Shown: positions 1-9,665, numbered from the stretch's first letter. The stretch is 64,000 nt of DNA from an uncultured delta proteobacterium (GCA_963832165.1 CAWHTE010000001.1:320001-384000), one strand, 5' to 3'. A program made the numbers and translations. Notes: generated from the sequence alone by a model not told the origin.

Positions 1-1215
1 CTTGACGACGACGTCGAGGTCGGGTTTTTCGAGAACCGTGTGCGGGATCGAATCGGCGTGCTCCTCGATCGCGGGATGCACGTCCTCGCAGTTGATCGAG
101 GGATGGACGAACCCGCCCGCGAGCATGAGCACGCACGCGATCGACTCGATCGCACCCGCGGCGCCGAGGGTGTGGCCGATCATCGACTTGGTGGACGTGA
201 TGGGCGGAAGCTGTCCCGGCGCGGCGCCGAGCGCGGCGGCCCACGAGGCCACTTCCTTCGGGTCGGCGCCGGTCGCGGTCAGGTGGCCGTTGATCGCACC
301 CACTTCCGCCGGGCCGATGCCCGCGTCGTCGAGCGCGAGCTGGATGCAGCGCTTCACGGCGTCGGGGTTGGGCGCGGTCATGCTGCCGCCGCCGCGGTGG
401 CCGCCGCAGTTGATGCCCGCGCCGGCGACCTCGGCGTAGATCCGCGCGCCGCGCTCGAGCGCGCTCTCTTCGCTCTCGATCATCAGGATGCCCGCTCCGG
501 CCGCGGCCACGAAGCCGGCCGCGGAGGCGCTCATGGGCCGCGAGGCGAGCTCGGGCGCGTCGTTGTGGGTGCGGGCCAGCACGCGCATCGCATCGAAGCC
601 GGCCCAGATGTACTGGCTGTCGCCCTCCGCTCCGCCGCATAGCATCCGCTTCGCCTGACCGCGGCGGATCCGCTCGAGTCCCATGGCGATCGCCTCGGCG
701 CCGGTGCTGCACGCGCTCGAGTTGGTCGTCACCTGATTGCCGAGCGCGAGCAGGCCCGAGACGCGCGCGGACACCCCGCTCGCCATCACCTGCTCGACGG
801 CCGTGCTGCCGAGGCGGCGCACGTTGCCGGCGTCCGTGAGTGGAACCACCTTGGAGCCGATCGTGTCCATGCCGCCGATGCCGGTTCCGATCACGGCTCC
901 GCTGTCCCAGTCGACGGCGTCGTCGCCGGGATTCGGGCGCGCGAGCCCGGCGTCCCGCCAGGCGTCGATTGCCGCGACGGCCGCATAGCGGTGCGAGGCG
1001 TTCATCGCGCGCTGCAGCTCCTCGTCGAAATTCTTCTCGACGAGCGCGTCCACGCCCTGCGGGATGCCCGCGACACGGCTGCCAAAGCCCAGCTCGGCGA
1101 GCTTCGGCTGCGCGCGGATCCCCGAGGTGCCGCTGCGCAGCGCGGTCTCGAACTCGTGCACTCCGTTGCCGTTCGGCGCCACGACGCCGAGGCCGGTCAC
1201 GACCACGCGCTGCAT
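1..1215 (-). CDS. Beta-ketoacyl-ACP synthase (FabF/FabB family); 3' end runs off the window
   Basis: Not in the ORF track. Manual translation from ATG 1215 gives MQRVVVTGLGVVAPNG...TNSSACSTG (catalytic Cys)...INGHLTAT (His)...KSMIGHTLGAAG (His). The ATG overlaps the upstream TGA (TGATG). Confidence 0.93.
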   Translation of the reverse strand, partial: MQRVVVTGLGVVAPNGNGVHEFETALRSGTSGIRAQPKLAELGFGSRVAGIPQGVDALVEKNFDEELQRAMNASHRYAAVAAIDAWRDAGLARPNPGDDAVDWDSGAVIGTGIGGMDTIGSKVVPLTDAGNVRRLGSTAVEQVMASGVSARVSGLLALGNQVTTNSSACSTGAEAIAMGLERIRRGQAKRMLCGGAEGDSQYIWAGFDAMRVLARTHNDAPELASRPMSASAAGFVAAAGAGILMIESEESALERGARIYAEVAGAGINCGGHRGGGSMTAPNPDAVKRCIQLALDDAGIGPAEVGAINGHLTATGADPKEVASWAAALGAAPGQLPPITSTKSMIGHTLGAAGAIESIACVLMLAGGFVHPSINCEDVHPAIEEHADSIPHTVLEKPDLDVVVK

Positions 1216-1661
1216 CACTTCGGTACCCCTATGCCGGAGAGTGTCCCTGAGCACACCAGAGTACCGTCTTCGCGCTTCATCTCGACGGCGCAGCGCAGCT
1301 TGCGTCGGCGGAAGAACATGACGCGGCCGGTCGTAATGACGCGCATGCCGGGCAGCACGATCCCGCTGAACTCGACCTCCGCGTCCGTGAACAAAGTCGT
1401 GTACTTAGCGGCCTCGTCCGACCCGACCTCGCGCTCGAGCAGGTGGATCCCGAGCGCGACCACGCCCGCCTGGGCCATCGCCTCGATCAGGATCACCCCC
1501 GGGGTGATCGGGTTGCCCGGAAAGTGGCCGCGATAGAAGTCGGCGTCGGCGCGAAACGTCGTGCTCGCGACGATGTGGTCGTCGCCGAGCTCGAGGATCT
1601 CGTCGATGAAGCGAAATGGCTCCTGCTGCGGGATCGCCGCGAGCACCGCCTCCGGGGTCAT
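1215..1661 (-). CDS. FabZ-like 3-hydroxyacyl-ACP dehydratase (hotdog fold)
   Basis: MTPEAVLAAIPQQEPFRFID...GHFPGNPITPGVILIEAMAQ carries the His/Glu dyad of the FabZ type. This is the C-terminal part of ORF 1215..2327. Confidence 0.9.
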   Translation of the reverse strand: MTPEAVLAAIPQQEPFRFIDEILELGDDHIVASTTFRADADFYRGHFPGNPITPGVILIEAMAQAGVVALGIHLLEREVGSDEAAKYTTLFTDAEVEFSGIVLPGMRVITTGRVMFFRRRKLRCAVEMKREDGTLVCSGTLSGIGVPK

Positions 1662-1663
1662 GA

Positions 1664-2254
1664 CTACCGCTCCATCCGTCCGCCGCGGGAGTTGGCCGAG
1701 GGGAAGGGATAGTCGGGATAGGCGATGCCCTGGAACGTGCCCACGCGCGCGCGCTTGACCGTGTAGATCGGGGATCCGTCGACGAGCAGCGTCGCGTCGC
1801 CGATCACCATCGAGGCGCCGGCCTTCTCGAGCTCCGTGTAGCGCCGCACTTCGATCTCGGTGCGCACGCATCCGTCGTGCGGCCGGATCTGTCCCGCGAA
1901 CTCGACTTCGCCGCAGCCGAGCGCGCGGCCCGAGCCGAGCCCGCCCGCCCACGCACAGAAGAAGCCGAGCAGCTGCCAGACTCCGTCGACGCCGAGGCAG
2001 CCCGGCTGCACCGGGTCGCTCAGGAAGTGGCACTGGAAGAACCAGTCGTCGATCCGCACGTCGCGCTCGCCGACGATCCGCCCGCGCGCGCCGTTGCGCT
2101 CGATCGACACGACCCGGTCGAGCATCAGCATCGGCGGCAGCGGCAGGCGGGCGTCGAAACCGAGCGGCGCGTCGGTGAACAACCGGCCGTGCGCGAAAGC
2201 GAGCAGCTCGTCGCGCGAGAAGGCGTTGCGTTCGCGGAACTCGGCGTACTTCAC
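1664..2254 (-). CDS. fabA: 3-hydroxydecanoyl-ACP dehydratase/isomerase FabA
   Basis: LPLPPMLMLDR, WFFQCHFLSDPVQPGCLGVDGVWQLLGF (His/Asp dyad) and GRALGCGEVEF. The GTG start overlaps the fabH stop. Confidence 0.92.
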   Translation of the reverse strand: MKYAEFRERNAFSRDELLAFAHGRLFTDAPLGFDARLPLPPMLMLDRVVSIERNGARGRIVGERDVRIDDWFFQCHFLSDPVQPGCLGVDGVWQLLGFFCAWAGGLGSGRALGCGEVEFAGQIRPHDGCVRTEIEVRRYTELEKAGASMVIGDATLLVDGSPIYTVKRARVGTFQGIAYPDYPFPSANSRGGRMER

Positions 2255-3264
2255 GCGCTGCGCTCCGCAGCGTCCGCACCGGCAAAGCGCACGAGATAGC
2301 TCGACCAGGTGAGTCCGGCGCCGACACCGACGATGGCGACGTCGTCGCCGTCGCGCCACTTCTCCCAGTTCATCGACAACACGGAGGCCGAGCTCGCCGC
2401 GCCCGTGTTTCCGTACCACTCGCAGTTGGTGTGGTGCCGCTCGGGCGCAATCCCCACCGTGCTGCGCACGTTCTCGAGCATGCGGAGGTTGGCCTGATGG
2501 CCGATGAAATGGAAGCGGCGGTCGTCGCGCTCGAAGAGCTCGCGCAGCCGGGTCAGGCCCTGGACCATGCGCTTGATCCCGAACATCTGTACGGCGCGAC
2601 CCTCCTGGCGGAAGTGTCCGCCGCGCGGGATCAGCACCTTCTCGCGCGCCGCGGGGCTGCTCGCGAGCTCGTTCGCGAGGATCTGCGCGCGGCCGACGTG
2701 CCGCGTCGAAACCACTGCCGCTGCCGCCGCGTCGCCCCATAGCACCGCGGAAGCGCGATCGTTGTAGTCGACCGTGGTGGTGAGCGTCTCGGGCGCCACG
2801 AGCAGCACCCAGTCGGGGACGCGCGCCGGGTCCATCAGCGACATCATGTAGAGCTGGACGTAGAAGCTCGTGCACGCCGAGCTCACGTCGAACGCGGGCA
2901 CCTCCATGCCGAGCTCGCCCGCGATGTTGCAGGCCTCGGCCGGCGCGCTCGTGTCGTGGGCGGAGCTGCCCGCGATCACGAGGCCGATGTCGGAGGCGGC
3001 GACTCCGGCCCGCTCGAGCGCGAGGCGCGCCGCGCGCGAGCCGAGCGTCGCGTTGTTCTCGGTGGCGGCTTCGAGCGCCGCGACCGGATCGCGGTTGCGC
3101 GTCTCACGGATGTAGTCGAGCGGCAGCACGGTGCGGCGGCTGCGGATGCCCACGCGCTCGAGGATCCAGGCGTCGTCGGTCCCGATCTCGAGTTCCTCGA
3201 GGAAGCGATTCGTGATCTCGGGCTCGGGATGGGCGTGCCCCAGTCCGTGCAGATGTACAGCCAA
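2251..3264 (-). CDS. fabH: 3-oxoacyl-ACP synthase III (FabH family)
   Basis: WILERVGIRSRR, SSACTSF (Cys), GHQAN (His) and YGNTGAAS (Asn). Start taken as TTG 3264, approximate. Confidence 0.88.
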   Translation of the reverse strand: MAVHLHGLGHAHPEPEITNRFLEELEIGTDDAWILERVGIRSRRTVLPLDYIRETRNRDPVAALEAATENNATLGSRAARLALERAGVAASDIGLVIAGSSAHDTSAPAEACNIAGELGMEVPAFDVSSACTSFYVQLYMMSLMDPARVPDWVLLVAPETLTTTVDYNDRASAVLWGDAAAAAVVSTRHVGRAQILANELASSPAAREKVLIPRGGHFRQEGRAVQMFGIKRMVQGLTRLRELFERDDRRFHFIGHQANLRMLENVRSTVGIAPERHHTNCEWYGNTGAASSASVLSMNWEKWRDGDDVAIVGVGAGLTWSSYLVRFAGADAAERSA

Positions 3265-3409
3265 GCTCGGGCTCCAGACCCTTGCGGGGAACGACGGCTC
3301 GAACCCCGCGGCGCGCCAAGGTCCTGATCCGATTTGGTTTTTAGGGTAGACCCAACCGAGCGCTGCCCGCGTGGGATCCCGCGGGGCGCTGGTCGGTCGG
3401 GCGGTCACG

Positions 3410-3437
3410 ATTATGACCGCGAGTCATATTCTGTCAA
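3410..3437 (-). promoter_or_regulatory. Sigma70-type promoter of the fab operon with an overlapping palindromic operator
   Basis: Minus strand reads TTGACA (3437-3432), 16 bp, CATAAT (3415-3410). The inverted repeat TATGAC-N5-GTCATA (3412-3428) covers the spacer and the -10. Confidence 0.7.
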
Positions 3438-3478
3438 TGTCTCGGGGACGACTCCGCGACCCACTAGACTGCCCCCGC

Positions 3479-4270
3479 ATGGGCGGACGCGTTCGCACCG
3501 AACGAGACGACCGGGACCCGCGGCTCGGCTGGATCGTGTTCGATCATCCGGAGCGGCGCAATGCGATCAGCGTGGAGATGTGGCGACAGATCCCGCTCGC
3601 CGTGCAGGAGTTCGCCGAGGACGCGAGCGTGCGCGTCGTGCTGCTGCGCGGGGCGGGCGAGGACGCGTTCGTGGCCGGGGCCGACATTTCGGAGTTCGGC
3701 GAGAAGCGCAGCGGGTCGTCTGCGACCGACTACGACGTCGATGGCGCGCGCGCGTTCGCCGCGCTCGCGGGCCTCGCCAAGCCCGTGATCGCGATGGTGC
3801 GCGGCTACTGCGTCGGGGGCGGCGTCGCGATCGCTCTGTGCGCCGACCTGCGTTACGCGGCCCAGGACGCCGTGTTCGCGATTCCGGCCGCACAGCTCGG
3901 CGTGGGTTACCACATGGCCGGCATCGAGATGCTCCAGAGCGTGGTCGGCCCTTCGCGCGCGAAGGAGATCTTCTTCACCGCGCGCCGCTACTCGGCGACC
4001 GACGCGTTCGCGATGGGGCTCGTCAACGAGGTGATTCCCGGGGCAGAGCTCCTGGGACGCGTGCGCGACACCGCGCGGCGCATCGCCGACAACGCGCCAC
4101 TCACGATCGGCAGCGTGAAGCGGATCGTGAGCGAGCTCGCAAAGCCGCCGCAGCAGCGCGATCGCGCCGGGATCGACGCCTCGATCGCGGCCTGCTTCGA
4201 GAGCGAGGACTACCGCGAAGGCGTCCAGGCCTTCCTGTCCAAGCGCAAGCCCAGGTTCGAAGGGCGTTAG
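3479..4270 (+). CDS. Enoyl-CoA hydratase/isomerase (crotonase) family protein
   Basis: RRNAI, AFVAGADISEF, KPVIAMVRGYCVGGG, IADNAPLTI and GVQAFLSKRKPRFEGR. Confidence 0.92.
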   Translation: MGGRVRTERDDRDPRLGWIVFDHPERRNAISVEMWRQIPLAVQEFAEDASVRVVLLRGAGEDAFVAGADISEFGEKRSGSSATDYDVDGARAFAALAGLAKPVIAMVRGYCVGGGVAIALCADLRYAAQDAVFAIPAAQLGVGYHMAGIEMLQSVVGPSRAKEIFFTARRYSATDAFAMGLVNEVIPGAELLGRVRDTARRIADNAPLTIGSVKRIVSELAKPPQQRDRAGIDASIAACFESEDYREGVQAFLSKRKPRFEGR

Positions 4271-4273
4271 GCA

Positions 4274-5449
4274 GTGGCCGCACCCCTCGCGGGCGTGCGC
4301 GTGATCGACCTCACGCGCTTCCTCGCGGGTCCGTACTGCACGATGCTGCTCGGCGACTACGGCGCCGACGTCGTGAAGTTCGAGTCGCCCGAAGGGCGAG
4401 AGTTCCGTGCGCCCGGCGCGTCGCGCGACTCATACTTCTTCTTGTCCGTGAACCGCGGCAAGCGCTCCGCGACGCTCGACCTGCGGCGCCCCGAGGCGCG
4501 CGCGCTGCTCTTGCGCATCCTGCCCCAGTTCGACGTTCTCGTGGAGAACTACCGGCCGGACGTGATGGAGCGCTTCGGGCTCTCGGCCGAGAAGCTCACG
4601 AATCAGTTCCCGCGCCTCGTCTACTGCGGAATCTCCGGCTTCGGCCCCGACGGTCCCTATCGCGACCGCCCCGGATTCGATCAGATCGCGCAGGGGATGA
4701 GCGGGTTCATGAGCCTCACCGGCACCGAGCAGACGGGCCCGACGCGCGCCGGCATCGCGATCGGCGACGTGCTCGCGGGGATGTTCGCGGCGCACGGCAT
4801 CCAGCTCGCGCTGCTCGAACGCGCGCGAACGGGCCGCGGGCAGATCGTGCACACGTCGCTGCTCGAGTCGATGATCGCGGTGCTGACGTGGAGCGCGGGC
4901 ATGTACTTCGAGTCGGGCCAGGCGCCCGGACCCGCGGGCCAGCACCATCCGCTCACGGCTCCCTATGGGCGGTTCGCCGCGCGCGACGGATTCCTGAACA
5001 TCGCCGCGGCGGGCGACGCCCAGTGGAAGCGGCTCGCCGAAGTGCTCGAGCGGCCCGAGTGGCTGAGCGACCCGCGCTTCGCGGGACTGCTCGAGCGCCG
5101 TGCGCACCGCAGCGAGCTCACCGACGCGATCGAGGTGGTGCTGCGCGAGCGCGACGTGGCGGACTGGGTGGAGCGCATCAACGCCGCGGGGGTGCCGTGC
5201 GGCCCCGTGCTCGACGTCGCGCAGGTGTTCGCCGATCCCCAGGTGCGCGCGCGAGAGATGCTCGTCGAGATGGCGCACCCCGAGTTCGGCACGTTCCGGA
5301 GCACGGGTTTGCCCGTGAAGCTCTCGCGCACGCCCGGCGCGATCGAGCGGCGTCCCCCCCTGCATGGCGAGCACACCGACGAGGTGCTGCGCGAATGCGG
5401 GATCGATACCGCGGAGATCGCCGAGCTGCGCGCGTGCGGTGCGCTTTGA
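4274..5449 (+). CDS. CoA-transferase family III (CaiB/BaiF)
   Basis: PLAGVRVIDLTRFLAGPY, NRGKRS, DVLVENYRP, PGFD (catalytic Asp) and PPLHGEHTDEVL. Confidence 0.95.
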   Translation: MAAPLAGVRVIDLTRFLAGPYCTMLLGDYGADVVKFESPEGREFRAPGASRDSYFFLSVNRGKRSATLDLRRPEARALLLRILPQFDVLVENYRPDVMERFGLSAEKLTNQFPRLVYCGISGFGPDGPYRDRPGFDQIAQGMSGFMSLTGTEQTGPTRAGIAIGDVLAGMFAAHGIQLALLERARTGRGQIVHTSLLESMIAVLTWSAGMYFESGQAPGPAGQHHPLTAPYGRFAARDGFLNIAAAGDAQWKRLAEVLERPEWLSDPRFAGLLERRAHRSELTDAIEVVLRERDVADWVERINAAGVPCGPVLDVAQVFADPQVRAREMLVEMAHPEFGTFRSTGLPVKLSRTPGAIERRPPLHGEHTDEVLRECGIDTAEIAELRACGAL

Positions 5450-5468
5450 GCGGGGATCGGAGCGCGCG

Positions 5469-6635
5469 ATGAGCCGATCCGGAGAGCGCCTGGTCGCGAT
5501 CGACTGGCTGCGCGGTTTCGTGATGATGGTGATGGCGGTCGATCATGCCTCGGTGATGTTCAACACGGGGCGCGCCGCGATCGATTCGCCGTATCCGATC
5601 GAGGCGTTCTTCGAGCCGGCGTGGGTGCCCGGTTCGCCGCTGGGCGCGGCGCAGTTCTACACGCGCTGGATCACGCACCTGTGCGCGCCCACCTTCCTGT
5701 TCCTGTCGGGCACGTCGCTCGCGCTCTCCACGGCGGGCCGCGTCGCGCGCGGGATTGCGCCACTCGCGATCGATCGACACCTGATCGCGCGCGGCCTGGT
5801 GCTGATCGCGCTCGAAGTGGTCTGGCTCTCGCTCGGTCCGAGTGCACAGATCGGACACTACTTCCTCGTATTCCAGGTTCTCTACGCGATCGGGTTCTCG
5901 CTGTGCGCGATGGCGCTGCTGCGCCGTCTGCCCGCATCCGTGCTCGTAGGGATCGCACTGGTCTGGCTCGCGGGCAGCGAGCTCGTCACGCTCGCGATCG
6001 CGCCGGCCGGCGTGAGCGCGCACGGCGTGGCTGCGCTGCTCTTCGCGCCGGGCCGCGCTGGCCTCGCCGCGATCGCGTATCCGTCGCTCTCGTGGCTCGC
6101 GATGATGATGCTGGGCTGGGCGTTCGGCATCCACCTGACCGCTCTGCGCGCGAGCGGCGTACCCGCGTCGAGCGCTGCACCGCGCTGCGCGGCCGCCGGC
6201 GTCGCGGCGCTCGCGCTGTTCGTCGCCGTGCGCGCGGTGAATGGCTACGGGAACATGGCGGTGCTGCGCGACGACGGCTCGTTGATCCAGTGGCTCCACG
6301 TGAGCAAGTACCCACCGAGCCTCGCGTTCAGCGCGCTCGAGCTCGGCTCGATGGCGCTCGTGCTCGCGGGTCTGCTCGTCTTGCAGGCGCGGATCGCGGG
6401 TCCGCCGCGCGCGCGCAACCCATTCCTCGTGCTGGGCAAGACGGCGCTCTTCTTCTACCTGCTGCACTTCCTGTTGCTCGCGGTGGCCGCTGTCGCGACG
6501 GGCCTCGCGGCGCGCGGCGGGCTCGTACACACGTGGGTTGCGGCCGCGGGGGTCGTCGTCGCGCTCTACCCGGCGTGCCTCTGGTACGGGCGCTACAAGG
6601 CCGCGCATCCGGGTGGCATCACGCAATACATCTGA
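5469..6635 (+). CDS. DUF1624 / HGSNAT-like multi-pass membrane acyltransferase
   Basis: RLVAIDWLRG..MAVDH, TRWITHLCAPTFLFLSG, KYPPSL and LFFYLLH motifs; many hydrophobic segments. Confidence 0.85.
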   Translation: MSRSGERLVAIDWLRGFVMMVMAVDHASVMFNTGRAAIDSPYPIEAFFEPAWVPGSPLGAAQFYTRWITHLCAPTFLFLSGTSLALSTAGRVARGIAPLAIDRHLIARGLVLIALEVVWLSLGPSAQIGHYFLVFQVLYAIGFSLCAMALLRRLPASVLVGIALVWLAGSELVTLAIAPAGVSAHGVAALLFAPGRAGLAAIAYPSLSWLAMMMLGWAFGIHLTALRASGVPASSAAPRCAAAGVAALALFVAVRAVNGYGNMAVLRDDGSLIQWLHVSKYPPSLAFSALELGSMALVLAGLLVLQARIAGPPRARNPFLVLGKTALFFYLLHFLLLAVAAVATGLAARGGLVHTWVAAAGVVVALYPACLWYGRYKAAHPGGITQYI

Positions 6636-9600
6636 TCAGCCGCCGAGCGCGGCGATCAGCGATGCGCGCCACTCCTCCCATTCCGGATCCGGTGCGAGCG
6701 CGCGCAGCTGGTCCAGGACCTCTTGCCGCCACGGATCCGCGATCGGTCGATTCCCGTTCGCGATCATCAACTCGGTGAGTGCTCCGAGCGCGGCCGTGGC
6801 CGCGCCTTCGCGTGCGTGGGCGCGGGCGCGCGTGACGTACCACTCGGGGCGATCCGCGCCGCGCGCGATCAGGCCGTCGAGCAGCTCGCCGGACTCGCGG
6901 GCATCGCCGATCTGCGCGCGCCACGCCGCGCGCAGCCAGCGCGCATCCGCGCCGAGCGGGTGCTCGAGCGGGATCTCCGCGAGCGCGCCGTCGGCGGCGC
7001 GCAGCGCATCCCACGCCTTCGTTGCGAGGTTTCGCCAGCCCGCGACGACCGCGCGTTCCACAGGCGTCTCGATCCACCCCTCGGCCACGTCGACCACGCG
7101 CTGCGCGAGGATACGCGGGCGCATGAGCTGGTAGAACCATCCGCGCGCTTCGAACGCATCGGGGTCCTCGTGATGGAGCAGGGCGAGTAGCGCCACGGGA
7201 CCCGCACGCGTCGACGTGACCATGCTCAGCGCTTCCGATCGCGCGCGCTCTCCCACGACCGCCTGCGCCGCGCGCTCGGCGCGCCGCGGGTTGCCCAGCT
7301 CGAGCAGCCGGCGCACGAGGTAGAGCTGGTCGGCATCGGGGCGCGCCGCTGCGATCGCGTCGACGCGATCCAGCTCGGGCTGCTCTGCCGAAGCGAGCGT
7401 CCGCCGCGAACGCAGGAGATCCGGCGAGCGCATCTGGAGCCAGTTGCGGTCGTCCGTGTTCAGCGGCGCGCCTGCGGAAAATTCGCGGCAGCCAGATTCG
7501 TCGAGCAGCAGCGCCAGATCCACGTCGAGCGGCGACGCGATACCGAGCGCCGCCATCCGCGCCGGATCGCGCGCCACTTCGCTGCGGATCCATCCGGCGT
7601 CGCGCGCGAGCGGCGCGTGCGAGGCCGCGAACAGAAGGTCACCGCCGAGCGGGCGATAGACCTGCACGTGGGGCCAGGTCGCGAGCAGCGTCGCCACCAG
7701 GCTCTTCAGCAGCTCTTCGTTGATGAACGCGGCTCCCATCCACTGCACGAGGACGCCGCCTTCCGCGAGCCGCGTATCGACGAGCGCGAAGAACTCGCGC
7801 GTGTAGAGGTGGGAGGATCCCGCCGTCCACGGATGCGAGGCTTGCGCCACGATCGCGTCGAAGCGCTCGCCCGAGAGCAGGAGTGCGCTGCGCGCGTCGT
7901 TCACGACGATGCGCACGCGCGGATCCGCGAGCGGATCGCTCACGCGCCTGGCCCCGATCGCGCGATTCGCGGCGACGATCGCGCGCTCGATCTCGACCAC
8001 GTCGATCTGCGCGACGCGGCCCGGGATCGCCTCGAGGTGTACCCCCCCGCCGAGTCCCACCGAGGCGAGTCGGGCGGTGTCGGGGCGCAAGAGCGGCGCG
8101 AGCGCGCCGAGCCAGCGCGTGGAGGTGCCGGCGCGCCGCAGCGAGGGCGCCGCGATGATCAGCGACTCGGGCAGCCCGTTGCTGCGCAGCCGCCAGCGCG
8201 CGGGCCCCGCATCGGCGAGCAGCACCGTTCCGCTGCGCCCCACCTCGTAGTAACGGATCGCGGCGTCCGACTCGCTTCCCACCGGCAACGGCGAGGAGAA
8301 GAGCAGCTTCCAGGGCTCCGCCGGACGGATGGCAGCGACGAGCAGCAGCGCCGCGAGCGGCAGCGCCACTGCGCTGACGCCCGCGCGCAGCGCGAGCAGC
8401 GCGAACGCTGCGAGTGCGGCGCTCGTGGCCGCGAGCAGCTGCACCGTGCCGCCGAACGCGAGCGCGGGCAGCGTCCAGTAGGCGCACGAGATCGCGCCCG
8501 CGATCGCGCCGGCCGTATTCCACGCGTAGGCGCGCGCGGTCGCGTTCCCCGCATGCTCGGGGCGCTCGGCGAGCAGTCGCACGCCGGCCGGGAACGCGAT
8601 GCCGAAGCAGAACGCGGAGGGCAGCAGCGCGCACAGCGCAATCGCCGCGTGCAGCGCGAGTCCGCCCCCGGATTCGAGCCGGGGCGCGGCCCAGCTGGGC
8701 AGCCACGCGAGCATCTGGAACGAGGCGAGTGCGGTCGCACACGCGCCGAGCTGCGCGCCCGCCACCGTCCAGCCCGCGCGCCGCGCATCGTTTGCGAACC
8801 CGGCCGCGACCGCCGCGCCCGCGGTGATCCCGAGCAGAAAGCTCGCGAGCATGACCGCGAAGGAATAGATGCTGCCGCCGAGCAGATGGGACAAGAGGCG
8901 CGTCCAGAGCACCTCATAGGAGAACGAGACCCAGCCCGACACGGCGAGCAGCGGCAGCACCCAGCGCGCGGCGAGCGCGGGACGCGCGGGGGAGGGCGCG
9001 TCGCTCGCGAGCTGCGGCTCGACGGTACCGCGCGCGATCCACGCGGCGAATCCGAACACACACGCGTTGATCGCGACGGCGAACCAGATCGTCGCGCGCA
9101 GGCCGAGCGCGGGCAGCAGCGCGAAGGCCGTCGCAACCGTTCCGCACACGGCGCCCGCGGTGTTGAGCGCGTAGAGCGCACCCACGCGCGAGCCGATCTC
9201 TCCTTCGCGCCGCACGGCGTGCTTTGCGAGCAGCGGAAGCGTCGCGCCCATGAATGCCGTCGGAATCATGAGGATCAAGAACGAGGCGGACAGGCTGAAC
9301 AGCGACGGGAGCACTTCCTCGCCGGGCAGCTCCGCGCGGCCGCCGAACAGCGCGAGCAGCGCCGCGCGCGCCGCTGCGAGCCCGGCTGGGATCGCGAGCG
9401 CCGAAACGGCGATGCCGAGCTCGAGCAGGCCGTAGGCGAGCACGGGACGCGCGACGCGCGGCGCGAGTCGCCCGCCCGCGACGGATCCCGCGGCCAGACC
9501 CGCCATGTAGGCCGCGAGCACTACGGCGATCGCGAGCTCGGAGGTGCCGAACACGAACGCGAACTCGCGCGTCCACGCGGTCTGGTATACGAGCGCCGCG

Positions 9601-9662
9601 AAGCCGGAGAGCGCGAAGCACGCGCCTAGCGCGGCGAAGTGCGCGGCTCCGCGTGTCGCCAG
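6636..9662 (-). CDS. Fused membrane (MFS-like) / spermidine-synthase-like protein with a C-terminal TPR-like region
   Basis: About 13 TM segments with repeated SG..L.Y...W.R motifs, followed by GLGGG, VEIE, VNDAR and ASHPW..GSSHLYTREFF. The frame is open upstream of GTG 9554 to CTG 9662 and encodes the expected first TM, so the start is uncertain. Confidence 0.85.
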   Translation of the reverse strand: MATRGAAHFAALGACFALSGFAALVYQTAWTREFAFVFGTSELAIAVVLAAYMAGLAAGSVAGGRLAPRVARPVLAYGLLELGIAVSALAIPAGLAAARAALLALFGGRAELPGEEVLPSLFSLSASFLILMIPTAFMGATLPLLAKHAVRREGEIGSRVGALYALNTAGAVCGTVATAFALLPALGLRATIWFAVAINACVFGFAAWIARGTVEPQLASDAPSPARPALAARWVLPLLAVSGWVSFSYEVLWTRLLSHLLGGSIYSFAVMLASFLLGITAGAAVAAGFANDARRAGWTVAGAQLGACATALASFQMLAWLPSWAAPRLESGGGLALHAAIALCALLPSAFCFGIAFPAGVRLLAERPEHAGNATARAYAWNTAGAIAGAISCAYWTLPALAFGGTVQLLAATSAALAAFALLALRAGVSAVALPLAALLLVAAIRPAEPWKLLFSSPLPVGSESDAAIRYYEVGRSGTVLLADAGPARWRLRSNGLPESLIIAAPSLRRAGTSTRWLGALAPLLRPDTARLASVGLGGGVHLEAIPGRVAQIDVVEIERAIVAANRAIGARRVSDPLADPRVRIVVNDARSALLLSGERFDAIVAQASHPWTAGSSHLYTREFFALVDTRLAEGGVLVQWMGAAFINEELLKSLVATLLATWPHVQVYRPLGGDLLFAASHAPLARDAGWIRSEVARDPARMAALGIASPLDVDLALLLDESGCREFSAGAPLNTDDRNWLQMRSPDLLRSRRTLASAEQPELDRVDAIAAARPDADQLYLVRRLLELGNPRRAERAAQAVVGERARSEALSMVTSTRAGPVALLALLHHEDPDAFEARGWFYQLMRPRILAQRVVDVAEGWIETPVERAVVAGWRNLATKAWDALRAADGALAEIPLEHPLGADARWLRAAWRAQIGDARESGELLDGLIARGADRPEWYVTRARAHAREGAATAALGALTELMIANGNRPIADPWRQEVLDQLRALAPDPEWEEWRASLIAALGG

Positions 9663-9665
9663 GGA

